Below are positions 56,528-64,000 of a DNA stretch of 64,000 bases, in pieces (position 1 is the first letter of the stretch; every line of letters starts with the position of its first letter). A program made the translations under genes and the position numbers. The stretch lies in NCBI GenBank assembly GCA_903940225.1, contig CAJAKC010000032.1, positions 26,171-90,170 on the forward strand, read 5' to 3'. The notes beneath the pieces were generated by a model. That model saw only the letters and a program-made list of their open reading frames with translations, did not search any database and had not been told where the DNA came from. The DNA comes from an uncultured Microbacteriaceae bacterium (GTDB lineage: Bacteria; Actinomycetota; Actinomycetes; Actinomycetales; Microbacteriaceae).

Positions 56528-56800
56528 ATGGAATTGATTGCGACACTCGCGGGAATCGTCGCTGTTGCGTGGCTGCTGTCGATTCCTGCACGCCGATTCG
56601 AGAAGCGAACTGGCAAAAAGATGGGGCGTCATGCCGCGTCGGGCATGCTGTCCGTGGTCAACGAACTTTTCAGCCCTTCCGCGGCGAATGCGGCAGTTGT
56701 TCTTGCGGAACAGAAGGAGCGCCGCGTCGGAATCCCGGCAGGGGAGGACAAAGACTTCGAACGCAATCGGATCACCATCGTCGTCCAGGACAAGTCCTGA
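56528..56800 (+). CDS. small N-terminally anchored protein, possibly DUF6191-like
   Basis: One N-terminal TM segment, then a charged tail with ELFSPS...EQKERR...GEDKD resembling what I recall of DUF6191. Weak. Confidence 0.4.
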   Translation: MELIATLAGIVAVAWLLSIPARRFEKRTGKKMGRHAASGMLSVVNELFSPSAANAAVVLAEQKERRVGIPAGEDKDFERNRITIVVQDKS

Positions 56801-56854
56801 CCGGCACACCGCGGTTCTGGGGCGAAACACAGGTTTGACCCCTAGGCTCAGTGA

Positions 56855-57943
56855 ATGAGCACACTTCTTCTCACTAAGTCGACGTCGAACTACACCGAGT
56901 TGTTGTCGCGTGTGAAGGCAGCCGGACTGCTCGTGAAGAAGCCGTCGTTCTACATCATTCGGCTCGCGGTCATTTCTGTTATCGCATCGGGACTCTGGGT
57001 TGCCGGAGGGTTCATCGGGGCTTCCGCACTGGATGAAGCGCTCGTTATTGGATTCGCATTCATCATCGCAGGGCTGTTGGGCGTGCTCGGCGCCCAGTAC
57101 GGCTTTATCGCGCACGAGGCCGCGCACCGCCAAATTTTTCACAACAACAAACTCAACGACTGGGCGGGGTTGTTCCTCGCCAATCTCTTTGCGGGATTGT
57201 CCTACGGGTTCTGGATGCGCAAGCACAACAAGCACCACCAAAAACCGAATCAGATCGGCCAAGACCCCGACATTGCGATTCGCGTGCTCAGTTTCACTGT
57301 CGAGTCACGGGATGAGAAGCGCGGGCTGGAACGGTGGGTCTCCAACCGCCAGGGCTATCTGTTCCCGTTCCTCCTGTTCTTGACCGGCTTTGACCTTTTG
57401 CTGGACTCGATGCAGGCGCTGCGACGCAAAGATCGGTCCATCGGGATTCGCGTGCTCGAATTCGGATTGATGGTTGTTCGCCAGACCGCACCGTACGTCA
57501 TCATGGGTCTCATGTTCGGGTGGCTCTGGGCGATCGCTCTGTGGCTGTTCATGATGATGGTGTTTGGATTCTTTATGGGCGCCGCCTTTGCCCCCAACCA
57601 CAAGGGGATGCCGCTGGTTGCCCGTGAAGCCAAGCTCGATTTCTTCGAGCGTCAGGTTCTTACGAGTCGCAACATCCGCGGTTCGTGGCTCAAGGACAAC
57701 CTCATGGGCGGTCTGAACTATCAGGTCGAACACCACCTTTTCCCGTCGATGGCACGCCCCAACCTCAAGCGCGCTCACGCGATCGTTTCGGCCTACTGCG
57801 CTGACAAGAACATCACCCTCGTCGAGATGGGACTGCTGTCGTCGTACAAGGCGATTGTCGTCTACCTCAACAAGGTGGGGCTGAGCGGAAACACCGACCC
57901 GTTCGTCTGCCCGATGGTCGCCGACATGCGCCCGCGTTCCTAG
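56855..57943 (+). CDS. membrane fatty acid desaturase family protein
   Basis: Three His boxes: HEAAHRQ, HNKHHQ, QVEHHLFP. Confidence 0.85.
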   Translation: MSTLLLTKSTSNYTELLSRVKAAGLLVKKPSFYIIRLAVISVIASGLWVAGGFIGASALDEALVIGFAFIIAGLLGVLGAQYGFIAHEAAHRQIFHNNKLNDWAGLFLANLFAGLSYGFWMRKHNKHHQKPNQIGQDPDIAIRVLSFTVESRDEKRGLERWVSNRQGYLFPFLLFLTGFDLLLDSMQALRRKDRSIGIRVLEFGLMVVRQTAPYVIMGLMFGWLWAIALWLFMMMVFGFFMGAAFAPNHKGMPLVAREAKLDFFERQVLTSRNIRGSWLKDNLMGGLNYQVEHHLFPSMARPNLKRAHAIVSAYCADKNITLVEMGLLSSYKAIVVYLNKVGLSGNTDPFVCPMVADMRPRS

Positions 57944-58446
57944 CGGTCGGCGTACTTCAGCGTTCCGACAGTCTTGCCGTCCGGGTCGAAGATCACACAG
58001 TCGACCATTCGGTCACCGGCGGCCCACGACGATTCAGTGGGGTAGTAGTAGAGAAAATCAAGGTCTGAAATGCCGAAGTCGACACCGACGAACTTGGTGA
58101 ACGATTTTGCACACCGGGCCGCCGCATCGCTCACGATCGATTCAATTGAGGGGTACTCGTCACCCTTCAGAGCAAAGTGTCCAAAGACTTCGAGGTCGTG
58201 TGGTTTCGTGCACGCGACGAACGGGTCGGTTTCCTTGTCCGCGTCCTCCAGCTTTAACTTGTCCAGACAGTTCCCCAACCGCAGGACAACCAACCCCGAC
58301 GCGGAATACGTTCGCGTCGGCAACGGGCTTGCCTGCGCATCCGGGCCGTACGCCTGCACCAGCGTCGAGATAGTTGTGCAACCGGAGAGGGCCGCGGTGG
58401 CAAGGCTGACGGTTGCGGCGGAGGCAAGTAGGCGGGGGAACTTCAC
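57940..58446 (-). CDS. lipoprotein, septum-formation-family-like
   Basis: Lipobox LSGC in MKFPRLLASAATVSLATAALSGCTT. CxxPHDLEVF and C...C pattern as in septum formation family proteins (recollection). Confidence 0.5.
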   Translation of the reverse strand: MKFPRLLASAATVSLATAALSGCTTISTLVQAYGPDAQASPLPTRTYSASGLVVLRLGNCLDKLKLEDADKETDPFVACTKPHDLEVFGHFALKGDEYPSIESIVSDAAARCAKSFTKFVGVDFGISDLDFLYYYPTESSWAAGDRMVDCVIFDPDGKTVGTLKYADR

Positions 58447-58455
58447 GGGTCCAGC

Positions 58456-59256
58456 CTACTTGAGCACGCTGAGTACGGTGTCGTGCAGCATTCCATTCGT
58501 CGCACACGCGGTACCGTGCCACGGCCCGTCCTGACCGTCGATATCCGTGAATCGTCCACCCGCTTCGGTGATGATGGGGATCAGCGCCGCCATGTCGTAA
58601 GCCTGCAAGTCGCACTCGGTTGAGACATCGATGGCGCCTTCGGCGACGAGCATGTACGACCACATATCTCCGATTGCGCGTGCACGCCAGGCGGAGGTGG
58701 CAAGCGCGATGGCTTGGTCGCCACGGCCGGCCTCGATCCACCCGGGTAGTGAGTTGTAGGAAACAACGGCATCGGCCAGCGTGGAAACCTTGCTGACGTG
58801 GATACGTTCCTCGTGTGCACCGGCGCGTTGAGTATATGCGCCGAACCCTGTGGCAGCCCACCATTTTTGTCCGAGAGCTGGCGCGGAAACGACGCCGACT
58901 TGGGGGACTCCATCAATCGCCAACGCGATGAGAGTTCCCCAGATGGGAACGCCACGCAAGAAGTTGGCGGTGCCGTCAATCGGGTCGATGATCCATTGAC
59001 GGTGGGGGCGACCCTCGCCATCCTGTTCGCCGGTCGATCCGAACTCTTCACCGAGGATGGCGTCGTGCGGGCGCGCCGCGGTGATGCCCTGACGGATGGC
59101 GTTTTCCACTTCGCGGTCGGCTTCGGTCACGGGCGTGCGGTCGGGCTTTGTGGAGACGGTGAAATCGTGGGAGACAAATCGTCGCATAGAGATGAGGTCG
59201 GCGTGCGCCGCGAGGGTGCGGGCGAGTGCGAGGTCGTCGTCGAGTCGAATGGTCAC
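58456..59256 (-). CDS. hisN: inositol monophosphatase-family histidinol-phosphatase
   Basis: DDLALARTLAAHADLISMRRF...KPDRTPVTEADREVE, WIIDPIDGTANF, WDMAAL. Confidence 0.7.
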   Translation of the reverse strand: MTIRLDDDLALARTLAAHADLISMRRFVSHDFTVSTKPDRTPVTEADREVENAIRQGITAARPHDAILGEEFGSTGEQDGEGRPHRQWIIDPIDGTANFLRGVPIWGTLIALAIDGVPQVGVVSAPALGQKWWAATGFGAYTQRAGAHEERIHVSKVSTLADAVVSYNSLPGWIEAGRGDQAIALATSAWRARAIGDMWSYMLVAEGAIDVSTECDLQAYDMAALIPIITEAGGRFTDIDGQDGPWHGTACATNGMLHDTVLSVLK

Positions 59257-59265
59257 AGCAACAGG

Positions 59266-60294
59266 CTACGACACGGAATCAAGAGACCCGATCAGCCGCT
59301 GCACGGAGTCAAGCCGTGCGGCGCCCTCCGCACCAAGCTCTCCGTGGGCGACGGCGTCGACCATTGCGCAATCGTCATCGCGGTGGTTGCATCCGCGAGG
59401 GCAGTCCTCGGCGACGGCGGCGAGGTCGGTGAACGCGGCAAGAACCGATTCGGGCCGGACATGCCCCAGCCCAAACGAGCGGACACCGGGGGTGTCAATC
59501 AGCCAGCCGCCCCCGGGGAAGCGGAACGACACCGTCGAGGATGACGTGTGACGCCCGCGACCGGTGACGTCGTTGACGACTCCGACCGCGCGATCGGCGC
59601 CCGGCACGAGCGCGTTGACCAGCGTTGATTTTCCAACGCCCGAGTGCCCGACGGCAACCGAGGTGTGACCGCGCAGCAGCTCGCTGATGGCATCGACCGG
59701 TGGCGCGTCCGAACGGGACGTGACAATTGGGAAGTCGAGGCCACGAAAGTGTTCGAGGAATTCGGTCGGGTCAGCGAGGTCCGTCTTCGTTATGCAGAGG
59801 ATGGGCAGGATTCCGGCATCGAAGGCCGCAACGAGGTAACGATCGACCAATCGCTGGCGTGGTTCCGGGTTCGCCGCGGCGACAACGATGAGCATCCGAT
59901 CGGCGTTGGCGACAATCATTCGTTCGACCTGGTCAGTGTCGTCGGCGCTGCGCCGCAAGACAGTGGATCGGTCCTGAATTCGAACGATTCGGGCAAGCGA
60001 CCCGTCCGCCCCCGTGACATCACCCACGAGATCGACGATGTCGCCCGTGACGATGGACGTGCGAGATAGTTCACGGGCACGCTTCGCGATAACAACCGTC
60101 TCCGCGAGCTCTCCCTCGTTTACCAGCGTCATGTATCGCCCACGGTCAACGGTGATGACGCGGCCAGGAACGGAGTCGTCATGAGCTGGTCGGGTCTTCG
60201 TCCGAGGTTTGCTGCCGCGCTTTGGTGGTCGCACCTTCGCCGACGATTCATCGAATCGGTCGAACCGCTCTAGATCGTCATCGCGTGAGCTCAT
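59266..60294 (-). CDS. rsgA: ribosome small-subunit-dependent GTPase A
   Basis: GHSGVGKSTLVNAL, TKTDL, zinc motif CPRGCNHRDDDC. Start at ATG 60294 (ATGA overlap with the aroA stop). Confidence 0.85.
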   Translation of the reverse strand: MSSRDDDLERFDRFDESSAKVRPPKRGSKPRTKTRPAHDDSVPGRVITVDRGRYMTLVNEGELAETVVIAKRARELSRTSIVTGDIVDLVGDVTGADGSLARIVRIQDRSTVLRRSADDTDQVERMIVANADRMLIVVAAANPEPRQRLVDRYLVAAFDAGILPILCITKTDLADPTEFLEHFRGLDFPIVTSRSDAPPVDAISELLRGHTSVAVGHSGVGKSTLVNALVPGADRAVGVVNDVTGRGRHTSSSTVSFRFPGGGWLIDTPGVRSFGLGHVRPESVLAAFTDLAAVAEDCPRGCNHRDDDCAMVDAVAHGELGAEGAARLDSVQRLIGSLDSVS

Positions 60295-61625
60295 TCGCTC
60301 ACCATCTCCGCCCACATCTGTGGGAAGTCGGGCAGAGTTTTCGCCGTGGTCGCTATGTTCTCAATCACAACGCCGTCGACGGCGAGTCCGATGATGGCCC
60401 CCGCGGTTGCCATGCGGTGGTCGTGATACGTGTGCCACACACCGCCGTGAAGGGCGGCCGGCTCGATTCGGATTCCGTCCTCCAGTTCCGTTGCGCAGCC
60501 CCCGAGGCCATTGATTTCCGCTACGAGCGCCGCGAGTCGATCGGTTTCATGTCCGCGAAGGTGCGAGATTCCGTGAAATTCGGATGGCTCGTGCGACAGT
60601 GCAGCGAGAGCGACGAGCGCCGGTGCCAATTCGCCACCCGATGATAAATCCAGCGAGACACCGGGGATCCGTGCGCCACCGCGCAATCCGCGCCCACCGT
60701 CGACGGTGAGCCCGTGTTCGGTGCGCGAGACGGTTGCGCCAAACATCGGCAGGTACTCGGCCAGATCCGCACCAACCTGGGTGGTGTTCGTCGGCCAGTC
60801 GGGAATGGTCACGGTTCCGCCCGCGATGACCGCGGCACAAAGGAATGGGGCTACGTTGGACAGATCGGGTTCAATGACCGTGTCCCCGCCGGCAATCGTT
60901 CCCGGGTCAACCCGCCACACGCCGGGTTCGGGAGAGCTGACGGTCACGCCGCGCGCACGCAGACACGCCAGCGTCATGTCGATGTGGGGCATTGACGGAA
61001 GTGCCTCGCCGCTGTGCCGCAGCGTGAGCCCCTCGTCAAATCGTGCCGCCGAAAGGAGCAGGCCCGACACGAACTGGCTGGACTGGGATGCGTCGATGGT
61101 GATGTCACCGCCTCGGACGCGGCCGGTTCCGTGAACCGTGAACGGCAGTGTGCTGCGACCATCGTCGGTGACCTCAACGCCGAGCATGCGCAGTGAATCG
61201 ATGGTGGTTGCCATTGGGCGTCGCCGAGCGCCCTCGTCGCCGTCAAAAGTGACATCGCCCGTGGCGAGTGCGGCGAGCGGAGGCACAAATCGCATGACCG
61301 TTCCCGCCAGTCCGCAGTCGATTGTCGAGTTTCCTGTCAGTGGTGCGGGGGATACTTCAATCGAGTCCGTGGTGCCATCTGGGGCATCACGACACGCGAC
61401 CCCGAGTTTCCCTAACGCTTCGCGCATCAGGTCAGAATCGCGGGATTGAAGGGGTCGCCGCAACACCGAGGGGCCGTCTGCCAGGGCGGATAACACAAGT
61501 TCCCGGTTGGTCAGGCTTTTGCTGCCCGGGATCGACACCGTCGCGTTAATCGGAGACGTCGAAATTGGTGCAGGCCAATTTTCGTCAGAACGGGAATAAA
61601 CGCGATCAGTCATTACTTCAAACAT
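60291..61625 (-). CDS. aroA: 3-phosphoshikimate 1-carboxyvinyltransferase (EPSP synthase)
   Basis: SIPGSKSLTNR, LGVE, DHRMATAGAIIGL. Confidence 0.9.
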   Translation of the reverse strand: MFEVMTDRVYSRSDENWPAPISTSPINATVSIPGSKSLTNRELVLSALADGPSVLRRPLQSRDSDLMREALGKLGVACRDAPDGTTDSIEVSPAPLTGNSTIDCGLAGTVMRFVPPLAALATGDVTFDGDEGARRRPMATTIDSLRMLGVEVTDDGRSTLPFTVHGTGRVRGGDITIDASQSSQFVSGLLLSAARFDEGLTLRHSGEALPSMPHIDMTLACLRARGVTVSSPEPGVWRVDPGTIAGGDTVIEPDLSNVAPFLCAAVIAGGTVTIPDWPTNTTQVGADLAEYLPMFGATVSRTEHGLTVDGGRGLRGGARIPGVSLDLSSGGELAPALVALAALSHEPSEFHGISHLRGHETDRLAALVAEINGLGGCATELEDGIRIEPAALHGGVWHTYHDHRMATAGAIIGLAVDGVVIENIATTAKTLPDFPQMWAEMVSE

Positions 61626-61646
61626 TACGCGAGAGGTGCTGGAATC

Positions 61647-62372
61647 ATGACACGATTAGCCGAGGAGACGATCATAAGCGACGACAACATGGACGAATCA
61701 GCAGCAGAGTTCGACATCATCGGGCAAGACCCGGACATTCAGGCTGGCATGGAGGCGAACGCCAGCGAGATTCAGATTCCACCGACCACGGGTTGGAATC
61801 CGGCCGAAATCAGCACCGACTATCGCAATGTCGGCACGTTTGACGAGGTGTTTCCGGAGCTCTTCGACCGCGTCTATAACCACGCCAAGTACGAACTCTA
61901 CCGATTCGGTATGAAGGCGGAACTCGTTGCCGACGTTGTTCAGATTGCCGGAATGAAGGCACGCGACAACTGGGGAAGCTACACGCAGGGCACCTATGCA
62001 CTTGCGTGGCTGAAAAGAATTGTCACGAACACGTGTTACAACCTTCGCCGTCAGTTGCGAAACCGTGATAACCGCGAAATCCAGATCGGCGATCCGGTTG
62101 AGTTTTTCGACGGCCACGGCTTCCAGTCGGCGAGTGCCGAAAAGCAGGCCGTGGAAAACATTCGCATCGACGAGCTCAAGGCCTATTTCGAGTTACTTCC
62201 TCCGGACCTTCGCGATGCGTCGAAGGCCGTGATCCTCGAACAGATGAGTACCGACGAGGCAGCCACCTATTTGGGCATCAAGTCCGCAACACTTCTCACT
62301 CGCGTGCACCGTGCTCGCACGCGACTCCGTGGGATGATCGAATCAGAGCACGAATCGGGTAAGGAAATCTAA
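61647..62372 (+). CDS. ECF-type RNA polymerase sigma factor with about 65-aa acidic N-terminal extension
   Basis: Region 2 (VADVVQIAGMKARDNW...AWLKRIVTNTCYNLRR) and region 4 (LPPDLRDASKAVILEQMSTDEAATYLGIKSATLLTRVHRAR). Confidence 0.8.
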   Translation: MTRLAEETIISDDNMDESAAEFDIIGQDPDIQAGMEANASEIQIPPTTGWNPAEISTDYRNVGTFDEVFPELFDRVYNHAKYELYRFGMKAELVADVVQIAGMKARDNWGSYTQGTYALAWLKRIVTNTCYNLRRQLRNRDNREIQIGDPVEFFDGHGFQSASAEKQAVENIRIDELKAYFELLPPDLRDASKAVILEQMSTDEAATYLGIKSATLLTRVHRARTRLRGMIESEHESGKEI

Positions 62373-62632
62373 TGGACACGAACCGCGACTGTGGGTGCGC
62401 ATCGGCGTTCCCCCGAATCGAGGCACTCGTTGATGGCATGCTGGACCCCATTGATTGTGCGCAGGTGCGCGGCCACTGCGACCGTTGCGAATCGTGCAGT
62501 GCCGAGCTCGATATCGTCGAAACACTGACCCACCGATTCAGGGCGGCACTGGCCGAACCCCCACCACCCGGTGTCAGAGAAACCATTTTTGCTAATTTGA
62601 ATATCCCAACGGATTTTCGCACGCCACAATAA
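62372..62632 (+). CDS. zinc-binding (ZAS) anti-sigma factor, RshA-like
   Basis: H-x3-C-x2-C motif in GHCDRCESC plus an upstream Cys. TAATG overlap with the sigma factor gene. Confidence 0.7.
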   Translation: MDTNRDCGCASAFPRIEALVDGMLDPIDCAQVRGHCDRCESCSAELDIVETLTHRFRAALAEPPPPGVRETIFANLNIPTDFRTPQ

Positions 62633-62664
62633 GCGCTACGCGGTTCGAAGGGTGAAGCGTCGGC

Positions 62665-64000
62665 TTATAGCCCGGCGAAGGCCTCGTCCATAATCTCGGC
62701 GTGTTCCTCGGCGGATCGTTTGGATGAACCGACTGCGGGTGACGCGGCGGCCGGTCGACAAACAACACGGCCGTCGATTCCGAGGCGACGAAGTTCGAGC
62801 GCAATGAACGGCCACGCACCCTGGTTTTCCGGTTCGTCCTGGACCCAGACGAGTTCGGCTCCCTTGTGTGTGGACAACACAGCGGCGAGGCCGGCCTCGG
62901 GGAACGGATAGAACTGTTCCATTCGCACCAACGCAACGCCCTGGGCACCGCGCTTGTCGCGTTCGGCCAGCAGATCGTAGTGAATCTTTCCCGAGTGCAG
63001 CAGGACGCGACGCGCTTGACCCCCGACCGAGGAGTCGTCGAGAACGGGCTGGAAAACGCCGGTCGTGAAGTCGTCGACGGTGCTCGTCGCACCGCGCAGT
63101 CGCAGCATCGCCTTAGGAGTGAACACGATGAGCGGGCGCTTCGGCTGTGCATATGCCTGGCGACGTAAAAGGTGGAAGTAAGACGCCGGGGTTGACGGGC
63201 GCGCGATGGTCATGTTGCCTTCCGCGGCGAGTTGCAGGAAGCGTTCGATGCGGGCCGACGAGTGATCCGGCCCCTGACCCTCGTAACCGTGTGGGAGCAG
63301 CAACACGACGCCCGAGTTTTGGCCCCACTTCTGCTCACTCGACGAGATGAATTCGTCGATGACGGTCTGTGCACCGTTCGCGAAGTCACCGAACTGGGCT
63401 TCCCACAGAACCAGAGCATCCGGGTTTCCGACGGAATAGCCGTACTCGTAGGCCATCGCCGCGTATTCGGAAAGAAGCGAATCGTAAATCCAGAATCGTG
63501 CCTGGGTCTCTGACAGGTTGAGCAGAGGGATCCATTCCTGGCCGTTGACGCGGTCGTGGAAAACCGCGTGGCGCTGCACGAACGTTCCACGGCGTGCATC
63601 CTGTCCGGCGAAACGAACCTTGGTTCCTTCGAGCAGCAGTGATCCGAGTGCGAGGATCTCGCCAAAGCCCCAGTCAATCTCCCCGTTGCGGCTCATGTCG
63701 ACGCGCTTGGCAAGAAGTTGTTCCAGTTTCGGGTGAACGGTGAAACCCTCGGGCGGATTACCGTGGGCGTCACCGATGCGATGAACAACCGATAGATCCA
63801 CTCCGGTTGCGGCCGGGTGACGTTGAGGCTGGTTTGCTTCGGCCGTCTCGGGGGTAAAGATGACGGACGTGTCAGTAGACGATTCGTGCGTTTCGGCGAA
63901 TGCGTTTTCGAGGAGCGACAGGAATTTAGTCTGAACCTCATCGTACTCGGCTTGGGTGATATCGCCTCGCCCAACCAGGGACTCGGCATACAGGGTGCGA
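62665..64000 (-). CDS. sucA: 2-oxoglutarate dehydrogenase E1 / Kgd, C-terminal part (5' end beyond the window)
   Basis: Typical E1o C-terminal sequence (FAGQDARRGTFVQRHAVFHD, LLLPHGYEGQGPDHSSARIERFLQL, VWVQDEPENQGAW). Hand translation of 63802-64000 stays open (..LYAESLVGRGDITQAEYDEV..), so the gene continues past 64000. Confidence 0.85.
   Translation of the reverse strand, partial: RTLYAESLVGRGDITQAEYDEVQTKFLSLLENAFAETHESSTDTSVIFTPETAEANQPQRHPAATGVDLSVVHRIGDAHGNPPEGFTVHPKLEQLLAKRVDMSRNGEIDWGFGEILALGSLLLEGTKVRFAGQDARRGTFVQRHAVFHDRVNGQEWIPLLNLSETQARFWIYDSLLSEYAAMAYEYGYSVGNPDALVLWEAQFGDFANGAQTVIDEFISSSEQKWGQNSGVVLLLPHGYEGQGPDHSSARIERFLQLAAEGNMTIARPSTPASYFHLLRRQAYAQPKRPLIVFTPKAMLRLRGATSTVDDFTTGVFQPVLDDSSVGGQARRVLLHSGKIHYDLLAERDKRGAQGVALVRMEQFYPFPEAGLAAVLSTHKGAELVWVQDEPENQGAWPFIALELRRLGIDGRVVCRPAAASPAVGSSKRSAEEHAEIMDEAFAGL

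Noticed and set aside
1-64000. CRISPR arrays, tandem repeats, toxin-antitoxin pairs and recognised phage-defence genes.
   Set aside because: I saw no regularly spaced direct repeats. No small adjacent ORF pairs had TA-like features, and no nuclease/ATPase/methylase combinations lay outside the AdnAB/UvrD repair genes. Visual inspection cannot exclude short or degenerate repeats.

Overview
High-GC actinobacterial chromosomal segment; gene content and order look Micrococcales/Microbacteriaceae-like, but this was judged only from motifs and remembered synteny because no search was possible. It is gene-dense: about 65 protein genes, an initiator tRNA-Met, a tRNA-Leu(UAG) and a tmRNA. No CRISPR array, integrase or transposase was recognised. 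The conserved core comprises acdS, a DEAD-box helicase, adnAB, a UvrD-like helicase, a PDZ/Lon-like protease, a UPF0182 protein, htrA, pncB, murI, rph, rdgB, mntH, gabD, prfB, ftsEX, smpB-ssrA, hisN, rsgA, aroA, an ECF sigma/ZAS anti-sigma pair, and the 3' part of kgd/sucA. Three accessory blocks stand out. (1) 19.2-27.8 kb is an AT-richer wall-teichoic-acid-like glycopolymer locus directly downstream of the initiator tRNA. (2) 37.9-41.5 kb plus 50.6-51.5 kb is a Tad/Flp pilus locus split in two. (3) 41.6-50.6 kb is the cassette that splits it: an APC permease, P450 plus 3Fe-4S ferredoxin, a glutamine-synthetase-like ligase, a signal-less SBP-fold protein, a gamma-glutamyl hydrolase, a Cache-domain protein with a GntR/FCD regulator, and an aldehyde dehydrogenase. 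This looks like an N-glutamylation-dependent amine catabolic pathway with unusual accessory parts. The most striking sequence-level signal is a 12-nt box (G-Y-T-G-K-G-G-A-Y-A-A-A). It occurs four times, each ending exactly 38 nt before the start codon of a pilus or envelope gene: a lipoprotein operon, tadA, an unlisted Flp-like pilin ORF, and the detached TadE-like genes. All functional calls rest on motif recognition and memory, and start codons are often re-assigned relative to the ORF track.
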